From an uncultured bacterium (lineage in GTDB: Bacteria > Fidelibacterota > Marinisomatia > Marinisomatales > UBA1611), in assembly GCA_964511215.1 (NCBI GenBank), contig CAZEER010000003.1:6457-70456 (forward strand): a stretch of DNA of 64,000 bases, read 5' to 3'. Position 1 is the first letter of the stretch, and each line of letters starts with the position of its first letter. Both the position numbers and the translations under genes were made by a program. The notes beneath the pieces were generated by a model, which was not told the origin of the DNA, did no database searches, and was given only the letters and a program-made list of their open reading frames with translations. Shown here piece after piece: positions 6,584 to 14,825 of this stretch.

Positions 6584-9583
6584 TTACCAATCTTCATCAT
6601 CTCCCCAGTCATCTTCATCCTCCCACTCGTCGTCTCCTTCACTGTCTTCACCCGCACTATCAAAGTCATAACCATTCTCATCAAAATAAGATTTGATAAT
6701 ATCATCAATATTAGACTTGCCTTTTATAGACCATAAATAATCTCTTAATCCATCGAGCATTGCTGTTGTGTCTCCTCCAAGTGCTACCAGCGCTTTACCC
6801 CAATCTGATTCTGCACCTTCAAATGATAGTATCTCACTATCAGGAATATATGGTGCAGGCATTTTGGTTCCCGGCATTATTCCTTGTGGGTTTTTTAGCC
6901 ATTCAGTGACCCACTCAGCATTTAAACGTTCTTTTGTGATAACAAGGTTTGGAGCCCAGGTAGGTGCATCACCGGTAGGGAAGGTTTCACCATAGAAGTG
7001 ACAACTGTTGCACTGCCCAATTTCATGAAGTTTGTTCCCGGCAGCAAATTCTGTACTAGATTGATCAAATTGGTGGATGCCTCTATAATTTACAGTCTCA
7101 TGATCTATGTGCTGGAAGTAAGCTATAATTGCATCCCATTCTTCATCTGTTATTTGATGAAAGCTGGGCATTTTGACTTGCAGATTAGGTCTAATTATAG
7201 ATGGGTTATTAAAAAATGATAGCAACCAATCTGGATTGGCTTTTCGGCCTTCTGAATTAAGATTTGGAGGTCCATATTCAGGAGGACCAATATGTTCTAC
7301 TAATTGCCCACCTCTATTATCAATAAGATGGCATCCTTGGCAGTTGTATTTTTTGACAAGGCGGTGTCCTTTTTTATAAATATCAGGTGCTTTATTATGT
7401 GCTAATAGTTTTTCACCCACTTTATTTGAATTAAATGCAAGTACGGCTGTTGTAACAGCTTCAATTTCATCTTCAGAAAAATAGAAATTTGGCATTTTTA
7501 ACAGATCTAGGTGTTGGCTTTCTTTGCCTCTATCATATATCCGTGGAGTTCGTAATTTATTTTCGATCCATGCGGGAACTGTATGTGGGATATCATGTAA
7601 AAGTCCTAAGGCATATTTGCCTACCGGCTTTGATCCCTCTTCAGTGATCTCTACACCGATTGGTTTTGCATCATCAAATCCATCAATATGGTGACAGCCA
7701 AAACAACCATAATGGCGTATACTTTTTTCACCAATGAAATTTAATTTTTGGGAGCTACTCATTTTTTCTGCTTTTGCTTTTGCAAATTTTTCTGGATTTG
7801 ATTTTTTTAACCAATTAATTGTTAGCTCATTCAGGATATCTTTATCATATTGATGGTCAGGAGATTGTTCGAAGGCTTCATTTTTATCTTCAAGCAAGTA
7901 TGCTGTCAAATCTTTTGCTTGTTGAGGATCAAGTCTTAAGTTTGGCATTTTTGTGTCGGGCATATATTCTTGTGGATCCATTAGCCAATCATACAGCCAC
8001 TCTGCTGAAACCTTAGAACCTAACCCAACTAGATTAGGACCTTGTATCTTAGTTAAATTATTATAATTGTTAATAACAGGTGCATTCTCAGGTGTTTTTT
8101 CAGAGATATGACATCCCATACAACCAACAGCATTAAAAAGTTTTTCACCATTAACAGCATCTCCAATAAATCTATCACTGTTACTTCCTAGCGTTTTATC
8201 TTTTTTGGAAAATAAGTATTGAGTAATACCTGCAATTTCTACATTATTAAATGCAGTGATTTTAGGGTGCTCTTGATTTTTTTGTTCAAAAACGGCAGGC
8301 ATACGGGTGTTATACCTAAAATGCTTAGGGTTTTTCACCCATTTTGCTACCCAGTTTTCAGTTAATTTTTCATTTAACCTTTTCAGACTAGGTCCTGCCT
8401 TTGATTGACTGGGCCAGTTTGCATTATGATGACAACCATTACAGCCTGCTCTGTCAACAAGTGACAGACCAAAATTGATTTTTTCAGCTCCTGCAAGGTC
8501 ACTGGTATTAGAATGACATTTAAAGCAACTTGCCTGCGTGTATTTTGTGGGAAGCATTGGCGTTAGCCAGTGGTGGTTCACTTTCCAATCGTGTTCATCT
8601 ATCCACCTCTGTTCATCTTCAGGGCTATTAGGAGTATGAGAAGAAGATAAGAATGATGTACCACGGCTTCGTCCTGCGTGACAGCTTGTACAACCAAAAT
8701 TATTTAATGGGTGTGGTGATTTTGATGTGAGATAAAGATCTAAGTTTGGATGCGATGTATAGGGCTGCGGTGCATCTGAAAAATCTGGATTATTTATACC
8801 AAGGTGACAACTGGTACATCGATCTACGACAGGAACAGATGCAAAATTGACATCATACTTAACATCTGCGACTACAACCTGATGAACTTTATAATAAGGG
8901 TCAAGAAAATCAAGAATCGGAAGATCACGTACAATATCACCGAGCTTATTTGCAATAGTCATCTTATTGCGATCAAGTTTAGTTAATTTATTTTCAGTGA
9001 GTGTGAATTGCTTTTTATACTTATCTAATTCATCTTGTTTCTCTTTTACGATAGATTCGATTGATTTTATTTGTTTTTCTGTTGCAGTTATCTGTATCTC
9101 TGTTTCTTCTCTTGCTAATCTAAGTACATCAAGTCTATCAAGGGCTGCATTGTAATCATCTATATGGGTTGGGCCATGGTCTCCATGGGCATTATCTGCT
9201 TCAACAAGGTATTTTAGAGCATCAACATTTGCCTTATGACTTTGGTAGGTCATGTTCTGATCATAGTGCTTATCTTTTAATGAATTTAGTTTTTCAGTTA
9301 ATTCTTTTAGTTCATTACTCTGGCCATCATATTCTTTTTGAGCATCAGCCAATGCGCTTTCATAAATTGATTTATCTTTCTCAATCTCATTAGCTTGCTG
9401 CTCCAATTTTTGTTGAGCTATTTCAATTTCCAGTTTTCGAAATTCTTTCTGGTAATCTTTAAATTCATCATCATTATCATCAACAAACACCCAGACAGTA
9501 ACAGCAAGAAATATTATGGATGATATTGCAAACCATCTATTTAATAGGTTGATGTCCCAGTATCTTTCGTCGTTTTTAAACAT
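6584..9583 (-). CDS. Membrane-anchored octahaem c-type cytochrome, terminal gene of the Rieske/cyt b operon
   Basis: There are eight CxxCH motifs: CTSCH, CTSCH, CFKCH, CNGCH, CMGCH, CFGCH, CQGCH, CNSCH. There are five downstream Met-Pro motifs: RMPAV, KMPNL, KMPNF, KMPSF, KMPAP. It has an N-terminal TM helix, then about 170 aa of heptad-like charged sequence, and an acidic Trp-rich C-terminus. Confidence 0.9.
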   Translation of the reverse strand: MFKNDERYWDINLLNRWFAISSIIFLAVTVWVFVDDNDDEFKDYQKEFRKLEIEIAQQKLEQQANEIEKDKSIYESALADAQKEYDGQSNELKELTEKLNSLKDKHYDQNMTYQSHKANVDALKYLVEADNAHGDHGPTHIDDYNAALDRLDVLRLAREETEIQITATEKQIKSIESIVKEKQDELDKYKKQFTLTENKLTKLDRNKMTIANKLGDIVRDLPILDFLDPYYKVHQVVVADVKYDVNFASVPVVDRCTSCHLGINNPDFSDAPQPYTSHPNLDLYLTSKSPHPLNNFGCTSCHAGRSRGTSFLSSSHTPNSPEDEQRWIDEHDWKVNHHWLTPMLPTKYTQASCFKCHSNTSDLAGAEKINFGLSLVDRAGCNGCHHNANWPSQSKAGPSLKRLNEKLTENWVAKWVKNPKHFRYNTRMPAVFEQKNQEHPKITAFNNVEIAGITQYLFSKKDKTLGSNSDRFIGDAVNGEKLFNAVGCMGCHISEKTPENAPVINNYNNLTKIQGPNLVGLGSKVSAEWLYDWLMDPQEYMPDTKMPNLRLDPQQAKDLTAYLLEDKNEAFEQSPDHQYDKDILNELTINWLKKSNPEKFAKAKAEKMSSSQKLNFIGEKSIRHYGCFGCHHIDGFDDAKPIGVEITEEGSKPVGKYALGLLHDIPHTVPAWIENKLRTPRIYDRGKESQHLDLLKMPNFYFSEDEIEAVTTAVLAFNSNKVGEKLLAHNKAPDIYKKGHRLVKKYNCQGCHLIDNRGGQLVEHIGPPEYGPPNLNSEGRKANPDWLLSFFNNPSIIRPNLQVKMPSFHQITDEEWDAIIAYFQHIDHETVNYRGIHQFDQSSTEFAAGNKLHEIGQCNSCHFYGETFPTGDAPTWAPNLVITKERLNAEWVTEWLKNPQGIMPGTKMPAPYIPDSEILSFEGAESDWGKALVALGGDTTAMLDGLRDYLWSIKGKSNIDDIIKSYFDENGYDFDSAGEDSEGDDEWEDEDDWGDDEDW

Positions 9584-9591
9584 ATATAATA

Positions 9592-10710
9592 TTATATATT
9601 GAAAAAATATTCAGGTATTGCTATAAAATATTTCAAATTAAAAATCCATCTAAAATACATTTTCAATGGAAGCCCCAACATTACTAAACCAAAAACCATG
9701 AGAGAAACATATCGCACAGGTCCATAGGCCTCAAACATCTCTTTGAGCCAGGTTTTCGCTAGAATAATCGGCAGTATGAGTAAATAGATTCCCACTACCA
9801 TAAAGCCTAAAGCTTCTCTAAGTAATATGTTATCAGGGAGTCCTGTGCCAAGCAATTTCACCCAAAAATATTCAGATAAATTTACATTATTAAGTGCAAC
9901 AACTTTATGTGCATCCCAATATTCAAAAGGGCCATAAAAGTTCCAGTTAGGTCCTCTGAAAAATGTTCCAAGCACAATTAGAAATAGCCAGAGTACAATC
10001 CAGCCATACATAAAAATAAAGACCCCGACTCTCCTCTCTTTAAAAGAATAGTAACCATCTCCTTTTTTATTAATGTCCATATATGGAATAGCCATTAAAC
10101 CAAGTATGCAAAACATTGGTAGTACTATCCCAGCAATCCATGGGTCATAGTAGACAAGCATTTCTTGGAGCCCTAAAAAGTACCATGGAGCCTTAGATGG
10201 ATTGGGTGTTGATGCTGGGTTTGCGGGTTCTTCTAATGGTGCTGCAACTAAAATAGACCAGACTGTCAAAAATACTGTAAAGAGAATTAAGGCTATAAAT
10301 TCAATATACACTAAATCTGGCCAGACAAGAACTTTGTCGTCAGGATCGTTGTACTCTGAAGGCTTTAAACCTTTTTCTAATCTTTCATCATTTATATATG
10401 CCTTGTGCATCGCAAGCCAGGTAAAGAAAAAAATTGAATATACCATTAGAACGATTGGGAAATTATCTCCTTTCATTAGAATGACACTGAAGTTTTCATC
10501 CATATAGCCTACCGCGAAGAAAAATGTAATTACCGCCATGGCAATTGCACAACCAGGCTTAGTCCATAATAAATAAAATCCAAGCTTACGATTTATTTTA
10601 TCAAACCAGTCTGTAGGAGGAAATAAAATAGGTATCAAAACTGTCAGCATAGAAAAGCTAATAGTTGGTGACGAGAGATAATCTACAGTATGTTTAAATA
10701 CATCAAGCAT
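9592..10710 (-). CDS. Cytochrome b C-terminal half / subunit IV-like protein (extended, 372 aa)
   Basis: Polytopic. NPSKAPWYFLGLQEMLVY aligns with the Qo-site PEWY(F/Y) region of PetD/cyt b C-terminal domains. It lies directly after the b6-like gene. Confidence 0.8.
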   Translation of the reverse strand: MLDVFKHTVDYLSSPTISFSMLTVLIPILFPPTDWFDKINRKLGFYLLWTKPGCAIAMAVITFFFAVGYMDENFSVILMKGDNFPIVLMVYSIFFFTWLAMHKAYINDERLEKGLKPSEYNDPDDKVLVWPDLVYIEFIALILFTVFLTVWSILVAAPLEEPANPASTPNPSKAPWYFLGLQEMLVYYDPWIAGIVLPMFCILGLMAIPYMDINKKGDGYYSFKERRVGVFIFMYGWIVLWLFLIVLGTFFRGPNWNFYGPFEYWDAHKVVALNNVNLSEYFWVKLLGTGLPDNILLREALGFMVVGIYLLILPIILAKTWLKEMFEAYGPVRYVSLMVFGLVMLGLPLKMYFRWIFNLKYFIAIPEYFFNI

Positions 10711-10723
10711 AAATAATTCCTAT

Positions 10724-11518
10724 TTATAATGGCCCTGAGATACCACCGTCCTTTCTGATACGCCAGAAATGGACTGCCATAAAAATCATCATTATAAATG
10801 GTACTGCTATACAATGGATAACGTAAAACCTTAAGAGAGTTGCCTCACCAACAAATCTCCCACCAATTAGAGCAAATCGAACATCAGAGCCAATATGGAC
10901 TAGGTTTATATCTCCAATAGCTAGGAGACTAGCACCCGGACCTTCATGACCTATGAAAGGGTGAGCCCTCGCCATATTTGACCCAACTGTTACTGCCCAT
11001 ATAGCTAGCTGATCCCAGGGTAGCAAATAACCTGTAAATGATAAAAACATGGTCATTGTCATAAGCAATACCCCAACACCCCAGTTAAATTCTCTTGGAG
11101 GCTTATATGATCCAGTCATAAAAACTCGTAGCATGTGAAGCCAAACAACGAGAACCATTGCATGAGCTGCCCAACGATGAAGTTCACGCATTATACCAAG
11201 AGGCACCTGCTCGGTCAAGTCTATAATATCAGTATAGGCATATTCAACCGTTGGGCGATAGTAAAACATCAGAAGGATGCCGGTAATAGTAAGATTGACA
11301 AAGAGAAAAAAAGATAATCCTCCCATGCACCATGTATAGCCTACTTTCACTGCATGTTTAGGCAATCTTGCAGGATGAAGATGTAAGAAAACGCTACCTA
11401 GAACTGCATGCATTCTCTGTCTACGGGTATGAGGGACACCTGACCTAATAATTGATTTCCATACTTGGGATTCACCTAAGGTTTCAAGGATTGATTTTTT
11501 ATTTTGTTTTTCAGCCAT
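10724..11518 (-). CDS. Cytochrome b, b6-type N-terminal half
   Basis: The LHRWAAHAMVLVVWLH His pair is 14 residues apart. The second pair, VIHCIAVPFIMMIFMAVHF, is 15 apart. The C-terminus WRIRKDGGISGPL matches the cytochrome b6 terminus (RKQGISGPL). Confidence 0.9.
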   Translation of the reverse strand: MAEKQNKKSILETLGESQVWKSIIRSGVPHTRRQRMHAVLGSVFLHLHPARLPKHAVKVGYTWCMGGLSFFLFVNLTITGILLMFYYRPTVEYAYTDIIDLTEQVPLGIMRELHRWAAHAMVLVVWLHMLRVFMTGSYKPPREFNWGVGVLLMTMTMFLSFTGYLLPWDQLAIWAVTVGSNMARAHPFIGHEGPGASLLAIGDINLVHIGSDVRFALIGGRFVGEATLLRFYVIHCIAVPFIMMIFMAVHFWRIRKDGGISGPL

Positions 11519-11548
11519 TATTTAAGATTAATATTATTAGAAATTTAT

Positions 11549-12103
11549 TTACACTTTTAAATAAGATTCAGGGTTTTCCCATTCACCCTTTTCCCATTTA
11601 AAACTCTTAGTTTTATCTACTAAAATTTGTCCATCATTAGCAAGACTAATTTTAAATCGTTCTAATGGTCTAGGAGCAGGACCTTCAAAATGAATACCTG
11701 TCATCCTAAAACCACTGCCATGACAGGGACATTTAAATTTTGATTCTACCGGAAGCCAATTAGGCGTACATCCTAAGTGTGTACAAACCGTTGAAAGAGC
11801 AAAAATAGATTCTTCATCTCTGACAATCCAAGCATTAAACTGTTTTTTAAATTTTATATCAACAGAATTTTTAGAAAAATCATCAGGATAACCAATTTTA
11901 AAAGTCTGAGGTGGTTCAAATAAAACATTTGGGAAAAGAAAACGAACAATGATTGTAAAAAATCCCCCAGTAACCCCTAAATATGCTAGCCAACCAACAG
12001 ATAGCCAGCTTAAGAATCCTCTCCTATCAGTTTCAGTACCTTTGTATGCATTATCAGGAGAAGATCCTACTGCGGCATTTGGAACCATTTTTTCTTCAGA
12101 CAT
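11549..12103 (-). CDS. Rieske [2Fe-2S] iron-sulfur subunit
   Basis: CTHLGC and CPCHGS boxes are at the correct spacing. There is an N-terminal TM anchor preceded by RRGFL (Tat-like). Confidence 0.92.
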   Translation of the reverse strand: MSEEKMVPNAAVGSSPDNAYKGTETDRRGFLSWLSVGWLAYLGVTGGFFTIIVRFLFPNVLFEPPQTFKIGYPDDFSKNSVDIKFKKQFNAWIVRDEESIFALSTVCTHLGCTPNWLPVESKFKCPCHGSGFRMTGIHFEGPAPRPLERFKISLANDGQILVDKTKSFKWEKGEWENPESYLKV

Positions 12104-12106
12104 AAG

Positions 12107-12988
12107 TTAGATAACCTTATCGTAATTTTTCTTTAATGTTTTCATTGCAGCATTTCTTATTTTAAGATTTTCATCTGACTTTGCCAGATGCACAAGTTTT
12201 GGTTTAAACCTTAGATCATTAATAATCGAGGTTGCTTCAATTGCGGTAAGAATGACTCTTGTAATTTCATTATAGTCAAGCTCTGGGAAGGTCAACAAAT
12301 ATTCTCTATCCATAAGATTCTCAATAACTGAGACAGATGATTTCTCACCCATCTTTGCCAAGGCGATTGCAGCATCCCATCTAATATTTGGTTCATTATC
12401 AATTAAAAGTTCATTTAATACCGGTATAGATTTTTTGCTACCAATGAAGCCTAAAGACATAGTAGCAGCTAGACGTTCATCCTGATAGTCCGAGTTTTTG
12501 ATAATCTTGATTAATTCAGACACTGCCGTACTTGCTTTTACCATTCCCACAGACTGAATAGCTGCTAAACGAGATTCTCGGGATTGGTCTTGTAGACCAT
12601 TTAACAACTCTTCTGAATAAAAACTGTCTCTTGTTGCGCCCATTGCAATCGCTAAATAAGCACGTACAAGTGGGTCGTCATTGACAGCATGTTTATAGGC
12701 AGATATCATTTGGCTCTTAAAAGCAGGGTCACTGGGCACTGTCTCAGGATTATTTAACACTTTGGACAATTCATAGGCAGATTGCCATCTTTTAGTTGCA
12801 GATCCAATTTTAACTTGATTTAAAAGTGCAGAGGCATCTTCTGTTTCATATGTAATAAATCTAAATAATAGGAAAAATACTGCACCGAAGATTGCAATCA
12901 TAAATGGAATAAGAAAAAAAGAATAGAAGAGTGTGTAGATACGACTCGAATCATTTTTTTCCATTTCTATAGTTGTTGCGTTATTCAT
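12107..12988 (-). CDS. Membrane-anchored HEAT-repeat protein
   Basis: One N-terminal TM helix followed by repeated (I/V)R..AA.ALG..G units: VRAYLAIAMG, SRLAAIQSVG, ERLAATMSLG, IRWDAAIALAKMG, IRNAAMKTL. The stop is 3 nt from the Rieske start. Confidence 0.75.
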   Translation of the reverse strand: MNNATTIEMEKNDSSRIYTLFYSFFLIPFMIAIFGAVFFLLFRFITYETEDASALLNQVKIGSATKRWQSAYELSKVLNNPETVPSDPAFKSQMISAYKHAVNDDPLVRAYLAIAMGATRDSFYSEELLNGLQDQSRESRLAAIQSVGMVKASTAVSELIKIIKNSDYQDERLAATMSLGFIGSKKSIPVLNELLIDNEPNIRWDAAIALAKMGEKSSVSVIENLMDREYLLTFPELDYNEITRVILTAIEATSIINDLRFKPKLVHLAKSDENLKIRNAAMKTLKKNYDKVI

Positions 12989-13040
12989 AAAGCTAAAAAT
13001 TAGGTGGTGAATTTATTCTATAATCTTTTCTAAGAAAAAA

Positions 13041-13214
13041 CTAAATATCATTTTTATTTTTTTTATTATTGTTGTTTAGTTGTTCAAGATCTTGTCGAAG
13101 TATACGAGTCAATCTTGAAAGTTTACGAACATCTTTTTTCACTTTTACTAGTTCATTGACGAGAATCATTGCAAATACAAGAACCAAAAATGAAATGATA
13201 GGGAGAGCATCCAA
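13041..13214 (-). CDS. Unlisted mini-ORF, 57 aa, single TM plus charged tail (TTG start inferred)
   Basis: My translation is (M/L)DALPIISFLVLVFAMILVNELVKVKKDVRKLSRLTRILRQDLEQLNNNNKKNKNDI. It is in frame one codon after the preceding mini-ORF stop. No ATG would preserve the TM helix. Confidence 0.35.
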   Translation of the reverse strand: MDALPIISFLVLVFAMILVNELVKVKKDVRKLSRLTRILRQDLEQLNNNNKKNKNDI

Positions 13215-13217
13215 ACT

Positions 13218-13364
13218 TTAATCCTGTTCTCCTTTTTCACTCTTTTTTTTGAGTTGCCACCCTAAGAGGACAGGAAAAAAAAACAATATAATGCAACTCA
13301 CTGCAAGTAAACCGACAGCCCATTCTAGGTTTCGCATTAGCCATTCCAGAGTCAACCATTCCAT
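13218..13364 (-). CDS. Unlisted mini-ORF, 48 aa, single TM
   Basis: My translation is MEWLTLEWLMRNLEWAVGLLAVSCIILFFFPVLLGWQLKKKSEKGEQD, checked codon by codon. It has an ATG start and a TAA stop. Confidence 0.4.
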   Translation of the reverse strand: MEWLTLEWLMRNLEWAVGLLAVSCIILFFFPVLLGWQLKKKSEKGEQD

Positions 13365-13377
13365 ACGCTAATTATTA

Positions 13378-13485
13378 TTAGAATACCCAAGTGACAAGGG
13401 TAACATATACTAGGAGTAATGCAGTACAGGCTATCATTGAAATGACCTGAGTCTTAGTAACGGTATGTTTAGATGTTTCTGACAT
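13378..13485 (-). CDS. Unlisted mini-ORF, 35 aa, single TM
   Basis: My translation is MSETSKHTVTKTQVISMIACTALLLVYVTLVTWVF. The ATG lies 2 nt after the stop of the 437-aa ORF. Confidence 0.4.
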   Translation of the reverse strand: MSETSKHTVTKTQVISMIACTALLLVYVTLVTWVF

Positions 13486-13487
13486 TG

Positions 13488-14801
13488 TTATTTTGCTGAT
13501 CTTTTTGCTTTTATTACTGCAGACTTAATTTTTCCGCGTAGTACTCTGTTTTCTAGGGCATTAATCTCTTCCATATCCCCTGTAAGGCCTTTAGCAACCA
13601 ATCTATCCAGTAATTCTTCATCTGTTTCTTTTTTTGAGGAACCTTCATTGTTTGGCGAGGTTGATTCATTCGTAGATAACTTAGGCATGGGCGGTCTTTC
13701 TATGGATCCTCTATTTATTTTCACCATCATTGCCTTTGCTTTACCTCTAATTATTTTATCATCATGACTGTTTACTTTATCCATGTCTCCATCAAGCCCT
13801 ATATTGACAAAGTAGGCAACTAATTCATCTTTAGATAGCGAAGAAATACCTCCGCCAGAAGTAGTAGTAGTTCCAGCAATTGGTTTTTCAGGGCAAGGTG
13901 GTATTATACCTGTTCTTTTTGATTTAACAATTCCCGCTTTAGCCATTCCACGTATTGGCTTTTGAGGAATAGCATCTACATAATCCATATTGCCTTTTAT
14001 ACCCATATTAATTGCATAATCAATATAGTCTTGTCTAGATGAAAACCCTCCATCTTGTGATGTATTATCCGTACTATCATTGACTTGCTCATCATCAGAT
14101 AAAAAATCTACTTTGGGGATAATGCGATCAAGGTTTTGTAAAATTTTTGCCTTTTCGTTCCAATTCAGCTGACTTAAAATCGATAAAAGACCTTGAGATG
14201 AGCGAGTACAGGTTACCCAGACTCCATAATCGGATTCACGGATTGAGAATTGGATGTATTCCATCATAAATGGATTGTTTCTAAATGTGAAGCCAAACTC
14301 TTTCTCCTTTTCAAGAGTCATAATCCTACATTCAAACCAAGGTGCAATCGTTTTTGGCCGAATTTTGAAATAGTTACCAGGTTTTAATTCTAAATGATCA
14401 AAAGAATATTGATGTACATAACGCTTGGTATCTATAACTGGTAATGCGCGCTGTATACCATAAAACCAGACATTATACATTTCCAAGGATGTTAGCATTT
14501 CCCATATTATTTCTTTTGTAGTAGCAAAATGATGTTCTACTTTGCTCTCTCCTTTGAAAGGGCTCCACTCATTCCATGATATTCCAATGCCATTGTCAGG
14601 TACAGGGGGTATTTTTAGCGTTGCTTCTTTTTGTTGAAAACCATCTATTTCTAAATCTTTTAGAGAATGGTGCTCAATCCTGCCATCTGGAAACTCAAGC
14701 TCATACTTTGTTGGGTAAAAATAAATCTGTTTAACAGTACCTTCTTGACCAGTTTCGCGAACAGTACAGGATGTTCCTAATTTTATTCTATTGAGAATCA
14801 T
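13488..14801 (-). CDS. Hypothetical protein: small N-terminal beta domain, SRPBCC-like middle, three C-terminal ~45-aa repeats
   Basis: Track ORF and first gene of the bc operon. The three repeats are DYIDYAINMGIKGNMDYVDAIPQKPIRGMAKAGIVKSKRTGI, DELVAYFVNIGLDGDMDKVNSHDDKIIRGKAKAMMVKINRGSI and EELLDRLVAKGLTGDMEEINALENRVLRGKIKSAVIKAKRSAK. The SRPBCC call is from pattern only (IIWEMLTSLEMYNVWF ... EKEKEFGFTF ... VWVTCTRS). Confidence 0.75.
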   Translation of the reverse strand: MILNRIKLGTSCTVRETGQEGTVKQIYFYPTKYELEFPDGRIEHHSLKDLEIDGFQQKEATLKIPPVPDNGIGISWNEWSPFKGESKVEHHFATTKEIIWEMLTSLEMYNVWFYGIQRALPVIDTKRYVHQYSFDHLELKPGNYFKIRPKTIAPWFECRIMTLEKEKEFGFTFRNNPFMMEYIQFSIRESDYGVWVTCTRSSQGLLSILSQLNWNEKAKILQNLDRIIPKVDFLSDDEQVNDSTDNTSQDGGFSSRQDYIDYAINMGIKGNMDYVDAIPQKPIRGMAKAGIVKSKRTGIIPPCPEKPIAGTTTTSGGGISSLSKDELVAYFVNIGLDGDMDKVNSHDDKIIRGKAKAMMVKINRGSIERPPMPKLSTNESTSPNNEGSSKKETDEELLDRLVAKGLTGDMEEINALENRVLRGKIKSAVIKAKRSAK

Positions 14802-14811
14802 TATTTATTTT

Positions 14812-14825
14812 TTGATTTATATCAA
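14812..14825. promoter_or_regulatory. Perfect FNR/CRP-family consensus box TTGAT-N4-ATCAA
   Basis: The sequence TTGATTTATATCAA reads directly at 14812-14825. It lies in the 142-bp divergent region between the bc-complex operon (ATG at 14801, minus) and ctaA (ATG at 14944, plus). Confidence 0.45.

Noticed and set aside
6768-9393. Multiple 60-75-aa plus-strand ORFs (6768, 6998, 7173, 7819, 8804, 8967, 9169) inside the octahaem cytochrome gene. Similar antisense or alternate-frame ORFs sit inside coxA, the 1526-aa gene, the SSS genes, kpsF, the GH43 gene and the T9SS cargo gene.
   Set aside because: All are embedded in long, motif-rich genes on the opposite strand or in another frame. They have low-complexity or Ser/Leu/Ile-rich composition and no start-site context. 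They are judged to be shadow ORFs typical of AT-rich DNA.
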